Shown here: in pieces, positions 53,601-64,000 of the stretch | How the letters are laid out: each line of letters starts with the position of its first letter | Position numbering within the stretch: the stretch's first letter is position 1 | Source: Owenia fusiformis | Lineage: Eukaryota | Reading direction: 5' to 3' | DNA length: 64,000 nucleotides | Assembly: GCA_903813345.2 (NCBI GenBank) | Contig: CAIIXF020000001.1 | Span: 23,064,001 to 23,128,000 of the forward strand | Made by a program: the position numbers and the translations under genes | The notes under the pieces: generated by a model | What the model saw: the letters and a program-made list of their open reading frames with translations, nothing else | Told to the model about the DNA's origin: nothing | Database searches by the model: none

Positions 53601-56600
53601 CATAACTTCAAAGTATTTCCTAAACAATGACCTTTAACATGTAATAGCAGATAGACTTGAAATAACACATTCAGTATTAAAATAACTTTGCTTATAAAAT
53701 CTTATATTTTACTTTATTCAACTGAAATTATTTAATTTAGTAATTTACATGATCAAGGAGGGAAATAAGTAATTATATCAAACATGTTATAAAAACGAGA
53801 CATTAATGTCAATGATGCAATTCTTATATAATCTGGAACAATATCCAATTAACACATCTTCACTTGTATGTCTAAAATTGTTTGCAATAACCTCATATGT
53901 CTTGCTAATTCTGCTGCAAGATTATCTTTTAATGTCAATTAAGTTGGCATTTGTTTTGTCACTCGTTTCTCCACATGAGCCAAGACTCATCAGGATTAAA
54001 TATTGATCATAAAAGAGTATAAGAATGAGTAATTTTGTGAGGTAAAGTGTTTCACAGGTCTGACCCTGTCTTACTTATAGAGTATTATTCCATGTTTGTT
54101 CTGAACATACTCGATTTAAGATTGTATATTTGTCTGGTTTGAATGTGGTAGAATTAGTGATTCTGAGTTTATATAATAAGGTTTTGTTTCTTGGAGCTGA
54201 TGATTACATCATGATAAATTAATTACCCTGCATACAATTCTGCTGATTTTTTCATAACACTTTTGTTATATCTCTAGCACCAGCTACTGAGAATTTGAGG
54301 ATTCTACCAGATGCCTTTAAAGGGTTCCGATTAGCATCCCGTAATAGTACAATATGGCGGCTCCAGGCGAATCAACTGGATCAGTCCATTTATAAGAAAT
54401 AAGGGGAGTTCTGTAAAATCCAGTTTATTGAAATTGTCTTTGAGATAAAGTAATCCGTTTATAATACACTTCATTATAGAATATTGATTCCAAAAGATAC
54501 CCCATTTCATCATTGTGAATTCGTATTTTTTCAGAAAAAAAACTAGTAGGCCAATTAGTATTACTGTAATATTCTGAAGAAATAATTTTGCTCCTAGACA
54601 CCCTGCTCTTGTTATAGATACGAACAGGACTAATACGTTACAAATGAACACCGTAAATAGTTGAATTCTATCTATTCATTTATTTGCGATAACCTGTGTG
54701 GCATTTTGTCTTGTTAATGTTGCAAGATTATCTTTTAATGTAAAGTTGGCATTAATTTTTGTCACTAGTTTGTCCATATGAGCCAAAACTCATTGATCAT
54801 AAAAGAGTATACCGTTTCTACTTTTCTCATTTATTAAATTGTAATGTAATATATTTCATTCTGACACTAATCATATTTTATTTAAGATTTAAATTCTAAA
54901 AATACACTTCATTATAAAATATTGATTCTAAAAGATACACTGTTGCTTCATTGTGAATTAGTAACTGTTCAGAAAAAAAACATTATCAAGAATCAAATTA
55001 AATGAGCAAATACTATGTTTTAATATTCTGATGAAACGATTTAGCTCCTAGACATCCCACCCTTGTTTTAGATTTGAATGGGACTACTATGTTACATAGG
55101 TCTACATGAACATAGTAAATGGTTAAATCCAGGATTCATGCATTCAGTTTCAAAAGGTGGTATTATTAATCTATTGTCACCTGATATAATTGAAGCTAAT
55201 ACAAGTATTTCATAACTTCAAAGTATTTCCTAAACAATGACCTTTAACATGTAATAGCAGATAGACTTGAAATAACACATTCAGTATTAAAATAACTTTG
55301 CTTATAAAATCTTATATTTTACTTTCAACTGAAATTATTTAATTTAGTAATTTACATGATCAAGGAGGGAAATAAGTAATTATATCAAACATGTTATAAA
55401 AACGAGACATTAATGTCAATGATGCAATTCTTATATAATCTGGAACAATATCCAATTAACACATCTTCACTTGTATGTCTAAAATTGTTTGCAATAACCT
55501 CATATGTCTTGCTAATTCTGCTGCAAGATTATCTTTTAATGTCAATTAAGTTGGCATTTGTTTTGTCACTCGTTTCTCCGTATGAGCCAAGACTCAGCAG
55601 GATTAAATATTGATCATAAAAGAGTATAAGAATGAGTAATTTTGTGAGGTAAAGTGTTTCACAGGTCTGACCCTGTCTTACTTATAGAGTATTATTCCAT
55701 GTTTGTTCTGAACATACTCGATTTAAGATTGTATATTTGTCTGGTTTGAATGCGGTAGAATTAGTGATTCTCAGTTTATATAATAAGGTTTTGTTTCTTG
55801 GAGCTGATGATTACATCATGATAAATTAATTACCCTACATACAATTCTGCTGATTTTTTCATAACACTTTTGTAATATCTCTAGCACCAGCTACTGAGAA
55901 TTTGAGGATTCTACCAGATGCCTTTAAAGGGTTCCGATTAGCATCCCGTATAAAAACAATATGGCGGCTCCAGGCGAATCAACTGGATCAGTCCATTTAT
56001 AAGAAATAAGGGGAGTTCTGTAAAATCCAGTTTATTGAAATTGTCTTTGAGATAAAGTTATCCGTTTATAATGATTTTGAAAACGTTATCCAAAGAGTGA
56101 TTGCGTTCAAAGAATACATGTACAACAGCCAATATAAATCCTTGTATTAGAAACCGGTTTGTCTTGCTTTGTTTCATTTGTAGGATATTTCATATGCCAA
56201 GCTGTGTGCTATTATGTTATGGGGAAATTTAGATGCCAATTTTTCCTTATTATACACAAATAGAAGATCCTGAAACTTCACCCATAAATGTGGAATTGAT
56301 TTGTCAAAATAAAAATCACCCTTTTATAAATGTGTGACGATCTATAATAGACTTATGCTATATAACAGTTAGAGGTGTTGACACAACGACCTCGAACCTG
56401 TGAACCCTTGAGTATTATTCCGGGATCGGGCCTTTTATACTAAACGGTGAGCAACACCAGAAACGAGCGTTCGATTTGCTAAACGATATGCGTCACCCTT
56501 TAAAACGTTTAGAGAAAAACTTAACTGTAAAGGCCTTTTGTACTCCCCTCCCCCTTAGAGCTTCTATGACCAATTTAATGGCCAATTGCTAATGAGTTAA

Positions 56601-59600
56601 TTAGCTAATAAATCCATATTTTGCATATAAGACTTCAATTGTTTATATTACGCTTCCTGCTATTGTTACAATTACCAATATTTAAAAGCAAAGACTGCTT
56701 AGCTATTTTGAGGAAGTATTTTGCTGACATCAGCATATTATATTTCGAATAAAGTTGACATCTTAATTAGAAGAGTAACCTTGTTCTTTAAAACATTAAA
56801 TTTTGACCATTCAAGTTCAAATATATGGTTGTAAATTGAAAAGATATGCAAAATCAATTGAAATGAGAAAAATAACTATTACTGCTGACTCAGCACTTAA
56901 TTACAGCATTAATTTTTATCAGTTTCAAGGTTCAGTTCAATTGAAAATTTTGCTGACCTTGCAGAAAAAAATTGCTCAAGGTCACATTACTGCATATTTG
57001 TCAAATCTTCATCAGAACACATCAGATCAACACATTATGCAATAAAACATTGTATATACTCCAAAACAACCCCCTCTTGGCTTTCTTCTAGACTACAGTA
57101 CCTAGTATAACATATACACGTCCAGCCTCTATGTTTCCCAAAGTGCTGTACCCAGGGGCTCCTATTATAAGATCATCCCAGCCATCATTGTTCAAGTCAC
57201 CACTCAGCATTGCCCTGGAAGAAAATGACACCTCGAATTAATGTATACATTTTCACTTTTCAAATAATAAAAATAATCATGTTTCTTTAAAGAAACAATT
57301 CAAATTTATGTAATTTCAAGCTTTTAGTCAAAATACATAGATTATTCTTGGTCAAACAAGAACATTTTTACTCCCTGGGATATAGAGTAAATAATGATTC
57401 TGTTTGTTTTTATTGTTTTTTGGAAATTATTTAGTATTTAAATCTGTGGCTCGGTGAACTTGACATCATGAGACTTTTTTACAGAAACATATGAATTGAC
57501 GTACATAGGTGTTAGAGTTGAACATATACAGCCAAGTGAGGCTTGAATGACTAGTAGCATGTTGGTGGTGCTCCAAAGAATGACATGAATTTTCATTTTT
57601 ATTAGATTAGAGATGATGACCAGAAATTGAGTGTTTCTGATTCCAGTTCGCAAGCGCACATCGAGAAATTAACATTATTAAAATTATAATATGATTCTGT
57701 TGAACATTATGAACATTATGTACATCTGTATATAAAATGAAAGTCTTGAACTAAAATTCTGCATGATAAAATTCCTAAGTTGAAAAATCATCTATTATAG
57801 TCAAGTTGGAATTTGTTTTTTGACTATGTTGTAGTCACTAGCATTTTAGTGTACCAGTGTCATCATTAAACATGATAAATTTTAGATTAGGGGCTGTATT
57901 AAAGGCATATCATTTAACTAAAAAAATGAAAAGCACTGAAAAAATGAAAAGTAGGTGATCCACGTGAGGGCAAAACAGACCACAATAAAATATTGATCTT
58001 GAAATTAATAATTCTTTAAATAGTAATACATGTATTTACACTTTATATCCCTTTTTAAAGTTGACAGCATTGCTAAAATCCATAAATCCATTTTCAATAT
58101 ATAGTAAGAAAAGGGGTTCTTAAACAGGACATTGGGCTTGCATTTCAGAATTTTTTGCTGGCTCTAAAGTGAATATGCACACATCTAACGAAATGAATAA
58201 CCAATATGATGATACCAAAACATCAGTAAGTAAAGGTGAATATTATTATATCATTTATTGACTCTTTAGATGTCATATCATGACATATTAGTCATTAAGG
58301 TAGAGCAGTTCTTCCCATTGTCGAGTTGAAGAACTGGTATCTTTATCCTGGCTAGAACCATAGACAATTCTAGCCAGCGCCAGCCTTTTATCGAGTTAGC
58401 AGCACTCTAGTAGTCGCCGGTATAGGTCAGCAGTCATAGGTCAAAGACAAATCACAAGAAGTGCTGTGACCTGGGTTTGAACCCAAGACCTCTACTTTTC
58501 AGTTTTAAGCCAGACTTCCTGCTTTTCAGACCAATGCCTTAACCACTAGGCCAACCCGGCGACCACAAAAATGTTACTATTAAATCTCATTTGCATTGAT
58601 TTTCAAAACAGCTGTTCACCATGAGCTAAGCAGAGACAATGCTGAATTACTTTGTTATGTATTCACTTAAGTTAATGGGCCCCTGTAATAGGCTAATAGC
58701 TATAATGCCTATCCTTAATTACTTTTAAATTCATAACAATTAAATGACTATTAATTGACTTGGACATACACTTTCACACCTTTGAGATTCCCATTTGTCC
58801 AATGACAAATCACAGAGATGTCAACTCACCCTCCAACTCTGGCATATGGCCGACTCAGAGTATATGAAGATATTGCAGTTTTGACCTTGGCATCATTCAG
58901 TCTTGAGTATTGGTCTAATGTCTTGTTTTGGTGGTATTCAGACAGTTCCGCTTGTTTCTTAAATAAATGCTGAAAGTAGATTGCAATGATCAGTTCAACT
59001 CAGATACTGTGATCACCTTGTAGTTTTAAGAGCATTATGATTCTGATAAAGATGATAACATATCATCCATGTGAAGTCAGTAATCAGGGGTGGTAACATG
59101 GAAAAAGCCACTACCTGCCATTTGTTACAGACATCGAGTAATTAATAATAATGAGGAAATTATAGCTATGTCATGTCATTAATATCATTTAGCTTAAGAG
59201 CTCAAAATATAATAAAACACTAATTTGCAATACAAGATCTAATTTTTTGGGAAAAATTTAACATGTTATACAAATATGTGAACAAATAGAAGTGCAGTCC
59301 TTAAATTATGCACATATCATAAAAATCTCATTAAAACGGTGACTTTGATGGGATTCCAATACCAAAGCATGAAGTTTGAAAACAATAAACGTGTATAAGA
59401 GTATGGGGTGTAGCCAGGATCAAAAACCAGACAACAGCAACGCCAACACGTAGCAAATCACATCGAAACAGCCATGGCTGGCATTTCTACATACAAAGTA
59501 GATAGCAGAAATCATAAAATAACATTGCTCACTAGCCAAATTGTCATCAGAAAGTGTAATATGCTTCTAAGTTGGCACATATAAAAGTTCAACAAAATCG

Positions 59601-62554
59601 CACACACATACATGTAACACATACATTTTTCAAAATGACCACTTACTAGCCAAAATGTCATACATGTAAGATCGTGTGCCACGCCTTCTACCAAAATTGT
59701 CATTAGACAGTGCAACATATCAAATATGAACAAAATTGTTCCACTACTTTAAAAGTTACAGCAAACATTGTCAAAAATAGCGTGTAAATGTTGCCATTTT
59801 TCAAGATGGCTGCCATGTGCTTCTTAAATATTTACATTTCTAGCTTTATTGATGTTCTATATAAATTTTTACATTTTAAACATATTGCTATTACAGTTTT
59901 ATATATTGCAACTAAATTATTCTAAAATCGGCACTAAAATGGCTGCCATTTTTAAATGAGAGGCCATTTTGAAAATCTGCTTTCCAGCAGAACTTCTACC
60001 CCCATAGGGCATATGTGTACAAAATATGAATAAAATCGGGCCAATGGTATTTGAGTTATCACCCGGACAGACGTATGTACAGACGGATGGATGGACAGAC
60101 GGATGAAGGCATTCCCTATATCCCTCTGAACTTTGTTCGATGGGATAATTGGGCAAGGCAAATGTAAACAGGTGAGGCAAATTTAAGCTGAAAAATGCAT
60201 GTTTCTACCTTGGATATAATTTCCACATTTCTAGTTAAAACGTCTGAATGAATATATTTCTGGAAAATTTTTTGGTGAGGCAGACAAGGCAACTGTCTCA
60301 ACAAAATTGGCTATGCAGATGCCAGTTCTCACCTTAACCCTTTTACTGGCTGACAGATATACACCCCTCTTGGTTCTTCTGATCAATACATCCCCTCTAC
60401 TGAGGCCAGGGAACCGTGAGGCCACAAAGAAGCCGTTTTTCTCAGCATTACGGCTTCCCTGCTGCTTCCTAGGTGGGGCTTCTAGATTTGTCATATTACA
60501 GCTGATGTACAGTGGGTTGTGGGGTAAATCACAAGCACTGTAGTAAAAAACAAACAAGGCATTAACATGACAAAATGTCACCACCTAAAACAATTTGGTC
60601 AATTTAAAGCAAGTTGGAAAATACCTTTTGACCTTAAGAAGAACTTCTGAGAACATGTAGATGATTTTGAAAAAAAAATTAGTCAATTTGAAGCAAGTTG
60701 AAAAAAGACCTTTTTGACCTTGAGAAGGTCATTGAAGGTCAAAGGTCAAATCTAAAGTCAGATTTGAACTTCTGAGAACTTGTAAAGTCAAATTTGAACT
60801 TCTGAAAAGATGTAGATGATTTTGAAAAAAAAATTTGGTCAATTTGAAGCAAGTTGAAAACAGACCTTTTTGACCTTTTTTGACCTTGAGAAGGTCATTA
60901 AAGGTCAAATGTCAAATCTAAAGTCAGATTTGAATTTCTGAGAACATGTAGATGATTTTGAAAAAAAAAATTAGTCAATTTGAAGCAAGTTGAAAAAATA
61001 CCTTTTTGACCTTTTTTGACCTTGAGAAGGTCAAATGTCAAATCTAAAGTCAAATCTAAAGTCATATTTAAATTTCTGAGAACATGTAGATGATTTTGAA
61101 AAAAAAATTTAGTCAATTTGAAGCAAGATGAAAAAATACCTTTTTGACCTTTTTTTGACATTGAGAAGGTCATTGAAGGTCAAATCTAAAGTCAGATTTG
61201 AATTTCTGAGAACATGTAGATGATTTTGAAAATTTTTTTTAGTCAATTTGAAGCAAGTTGAAAAAAGACCTTTTTGACCTTTTTTGACTTTGAGAAGGTC
61301 ATTGAAGGTCAAATGTCAAATCTTAAGTCAAATCTAAAGTCAGATTTGAATTTCTGAGAACACGTAGATGATTTTGAAAAAAAAAATTAGTCAATTTGAA
61401 GCAAGATGAAAAAATACCTTTTTGACCTTTTTTGACATTGAGAAGGTCATTGAAGGTCAAATGTTAAATCTAAAGTCAGATTTGAATTTCTGAGAACATG
61501 TAGATGATTTTGAAAAAAAAATTTAGTCAATTTGAAGCAAGTTGAAAAAAGACCTTTTTGACCTTTTTTGACCTTGAGAAGGTCAGATTTGAAGGTCAAA
61601 TGTCAAATCTTAAGTCAGATTTGAATTTCTGAGAACACGTAGATGATTTTGAAAAAAAAATTTAGTCAATTTGAAGCAAGTTGAAAACAGACCTTTTTGA
61701 CCTTTTTTGACCTTGAGAAGGTCATTGAAGGTCAAATGTCAAATCTAAAGTCAGATTTGAAGGTCAAATGTCAAATCTAAAGTCAGATTTGAATTTCTGA
61801 GAACATGTAGATGATTTTGAAAAAACATTTAGTCAATGTGAAGCAAGTTGAAAAAAGACCTTTTTGACCTTGAGAAGGTCATTGAAGGTCAAATGTCAAA
61901 TCTAAAGTCAGATTTGAACTTCTGAGAAGATGTAGATGATTTAGAAAAAAATTGAAGTCAGTCTAAACAGTATTTGTTAAGTTATAGGAAGTTGTAAGAA
62001 ATTGTTACAGACGCCGGACGCCGGACGCCAGACGCCGGACGGCCGGACGCCAGACGCCGGACGCCAACCACCAACCGCCGTCGCAAAAAAACGGAGACCA
62101 TAACAATATGTCACCACTTTTTGGTGGTGACATAAAAATTAACTTAAAGTATACAGTATATGTTCAAATTAAATTAACATTGTTACTTTTAAATTTTGAA
62201 TTATGTATATTCTATTGTAACCCCAGCTGCCAAACTAGGAAATTAATCTGAACATAAGCCTTAGAATATTAACACAAAAAGGTAATTAGTTACTAGCACC
62301 CATCACCACATACAAATCCATAATGGCATAGTGAAATGAAAGCTTTAGCTTCTCCCCCGTGGCTTCTCCAGAAGAAGAGATTACAGTAATATATTATGAA
62401 ACGACACCAAGTACCTTGTTCCCTTGTCCAACATAAACAAAGCTTTATCCCAAATATTAGTAGTCCAGACGGACATATCAAACACACCACCAAGGAAGAA
62501 GTCATTTAACTTGTCCACCAGGAAAGGACTCTTTGATGCATACTTTGGAAGAAG
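38652..62554 (-). CDS. GPLD1: Phosphatidylinositol-glycan-specific phospholipase D (GPI-PLD), 5'-partial, 15 exons seen
   Basis: Minus-strand exons 62554-62415, 60537-60333, 58969-58830, 57214-57102, 47179-47100, 46667-46557, 44597-44523, 42947-42788, 42499-42349, 41671-41487, 41010-40856, 40389-40302, 39784-39669, 39327-39247, 38732-38652 (1881 nt, in frame). Motifs: KSPFLVDKLNDFFLGGVFDMSVWTTNIW, CDLPHNPLYISC, FG-GAP repeats (GDLNNDGWDDLIIGAPGY, DINRDGYPDLAVGAPS, GDLNGDTYNDLVIGAPF, DIDGDGLDDLIITAPLR), C-terminus SSLGARMSGVIAIYSFP*. Confidence 0.94.
42979..44036. mobile_element. Tc1/mariner-like non-autonomous element with long TIRs
   Basis: ta|cagggtggtaaaaaaaatggaaaccct ... agggtttccatttttttgaccaccctg|ta; inverted similarity extends ~100 bp. 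Confidence 0.82.
43107..43595. mobile_element. MITE nested in the Tc1/mariner-like element
   Basis: Perfect TIR caggcctgtcaact / agttgacaggcctg; direct repeat tatcat on both flanks. Confidence 0.8.
44690..45890. repeat. Low-complexity 10-16-bp repeat tract
   Basis: Variants of aagacaagtcatccc / aagacaactaatccc, more homogeneous toward 45200-45880. Confidence 0.9.
47620..48063. mobile_element. PIF/Harbinger-like MITE
   Basis: ~41-bp TIR ggggcggggtcaaaatatcaatgttcatatggagacgaaagta, with tta flanks on both sides. Confidence 0.85.
50455..51026. mobile_element. Kolobok/T2-like MITE, second copy
   Basis: ttaa|agggttccga...gtcaccct|ttaa; same family as 27400-27967. Confidence 0.82.
55928..56499. 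mobile_element. Kolobok/T2-like MITE, copy carried by the segmental duplication
   Basis: Same sequence and same flanks as 50455-51026. Confidence 0.82.
58240..58564 (-). mobile_element. tRNA-derived SINE
   Basis: Minus-strand head ggtcgccgggttggcctagtggttaaggcattgg (A box) ... gggttcaaacccagg (B box), with an over-long A-B spacer, a ~200-bp body and an AT-rich tail. Confidence 0.6.
59935..60150 (-). mobile_element. HINE-like family B copy
   Basis: Minus strand: ttatcccatcgaacaaagttcagaggga hairpin, (tccg/tctg/tcca)n, gataactcaaatac unit, as at 10569. Confidence 0.6.
60553..62138 (-). mobile_element. Full HINE-like family A element with an internal satellite (~10 units of 130-165 bp)
   Basis: Minus strand: tttttatgtcaccaccaaaaagtggtgacata hairpin, (ggcgtcc)n microsatellite, tandem core, 3' subterminal ggtggtgacat and terminus catgttaatgccttgtt. 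Confidence 0.75.
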
Positions 62555-63659
62555 CTGAAATATGGAAAATGCTATAGAAGATCTGGATTCCAGGTGTATT
62601 GGATCATTCTTAGATTATAACTGAAAACATTTTATTCTAAAATCGGTGCATGTTTTTACCTTCAATTCACATTGATTGCATATCACATTATTGTTTTGTA
62701 TTCATTAACATTAGTGAGGATAAATGTCACTGTATAAGGATTCCATTTGCATTTGGTTGGTTCACCATTTTTTTCTCTTGTCTTTCTAAAATTATGAAAT
62801 ATTTCTGAAAGGGGCATGGCACATTTGGTAGTATTCATGAATTTAAATATGTTACCGTTATGTATGCGATAGTTATACAGATTAAAATATGTCCAGTAAA
62901 AGAAAATATTATCTGCCCAACAAAAGAAAAGATATTTCACTTTTTGTAGTTTTACAACATGGGGTCTATGGGGAACCTCCCCGACCTAGAACTCACTTTT
63001 CAAAGAAAAATAAATTTTCAAAGTTGATAAACTCTTTTCAAAACCACACTTTTAGATGTAATTTTATATGTAGATTTCAAATATGACACCAGTTTGACTG
63101 AATTGTGAATTTTTAATGACGTAAATCAAGATTATTTCTACTCGCATCTAGGATATTCAGCTAGCAGGCTGCTCCATGGAGTAAGGTTTTACTGTGAAAA
63201 AAGACAAGTCAGATTTCATCCAGATAAAAAGTTATGCAACATTATGTGGGTTGGTGTCATTTTGTCTGTGTCACACTGTATATACTATGTCATTAAATGT
63301 AAAAAGGTTTTATCTCCAATTTGAATCATGACATTGAATGCTAAAAGGTTATATCTCAAGAGATAGAACCATATAGCAGTAATCATGTTTTTCAAATTAA
63401 GGACATAGAACCTTATTGCATTAGAAATCTCCTATTTCTAATTGAGATACAGCTTTATAACCTTAATTTTTGAAAAGAGCATGGTGAATTTAGGGGGAAT
63501 CCACTTTCACATGCATTTGACCCATATTGGTTGTTAGAACCTTATAATAGTGAAGGGACAATATGTAAGACCAATGCATTACCTCCAGGAAAAGCACTCC
63601 TAGAGATGATAAAATAATTTTGACTTTGAGATGGGGGTAAGATGCAAAGAACCCATCCA

Positions 63660-64000
63660 CATGTTTTTTCTGAAATGTTTTCCTGATTTTCAACCCCTTC
63701 CATACTCTTTTAATTTTTCTTGCATCAATATGTTGCGTTTTGATACACAGTTAACCCCTTTAAAGGAATAAGTGATTCCTTTGTTTTTTTTAAGATATCC
63801 ATTATGGGTGACCCAAATTAGCTGAAAGCAATGGATTGCACGAGTTTTCCCTATGGGAAAATAACATGGGAAATATTGTTTTCCACTTTATCTAAAAGGA
63901 ATCACTTATTGCTTTAAAGGGGTTAACTGTGTGTCAAAAAACAACGTATTGATGCAAGAACAACAGCGGGAAATATTTTCTTGACAATATTCAGAAAAAA
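63660..64000. mobile_element. Fold-back element, probably extending beyond the window
   Basis: ttcttgcatcaatatgttg..cacagttaacccctttaaaggaataagtgattccttt (~63717-63782) is inverted at ~63895-63960. Confidence 0.6.

Larger units (their letters stand above)
48104..56557. repeat. Recent ~3-kb tandem segmental triplication in a GPLD1 intron
   Basis: Copy 1 48104-51084, unique spacer 51085-51970, copy 2 51971-54465 (3'-truncated), copy 3 54466-56557 (5'-truncated). Near-identical, and the same spurious ORFs recur (48119/51986; 49940/53806/55413). Confidence 0.93.

Noticed and set aside
58455-58564. Possible tRNA gene
   Set aside because: A and B boxes are present, but I could not fold a cloverleaf, the spacer is too long and a SINE-like body follows.

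Overview
AT-rich, intron-rich metazoan (invertebrate-like) genomic DNA with three spliced genes, reconstructed by hand from GT-AG junctions with consistent phases. (1) PDIA6 (+, 3358-8376; first exon not found; two WCGHC motifs, KDEL end). (2) An activator-class E2F1/2/3 gene (+, promoter near 13.6-13.9 kb, CDS 16777-31970). (3) The 3' 15 exons of GPLD1 (-, 62554-38652), convergent with E2F. Introns hold many non-autonomous DNA transposons (hAT-, Tc1/mariner-, PIF- and Kolobok-like MITEs, Helentron/HINE-like elements with internal satellites), a tRNA-derived SINE, minisatellites and a recent ~3-kb tandem triplication. Four observations stand out. A 690-bp open, phase-compatible extra exon inside E2F could be a cassette or alternative first exon. 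Several tandem arrays are built from the genes' own exon or splice-site sequence: 7 copies of the PDIA6 exon-2 acceptor, a duplicated exon-4 acceptor whose only change kills the AG, and ~14 copies of the GPLD1 terminal coding segment in its 3' UTR. There is a family of ultra-short fold-back elements. The PDIA6-E2F-GPLD1 order matches the human 2p25/6p22 paralogon. No prokaryotic system or CRISPR array is present. All coordinates were counted by eye and no database searches were run.
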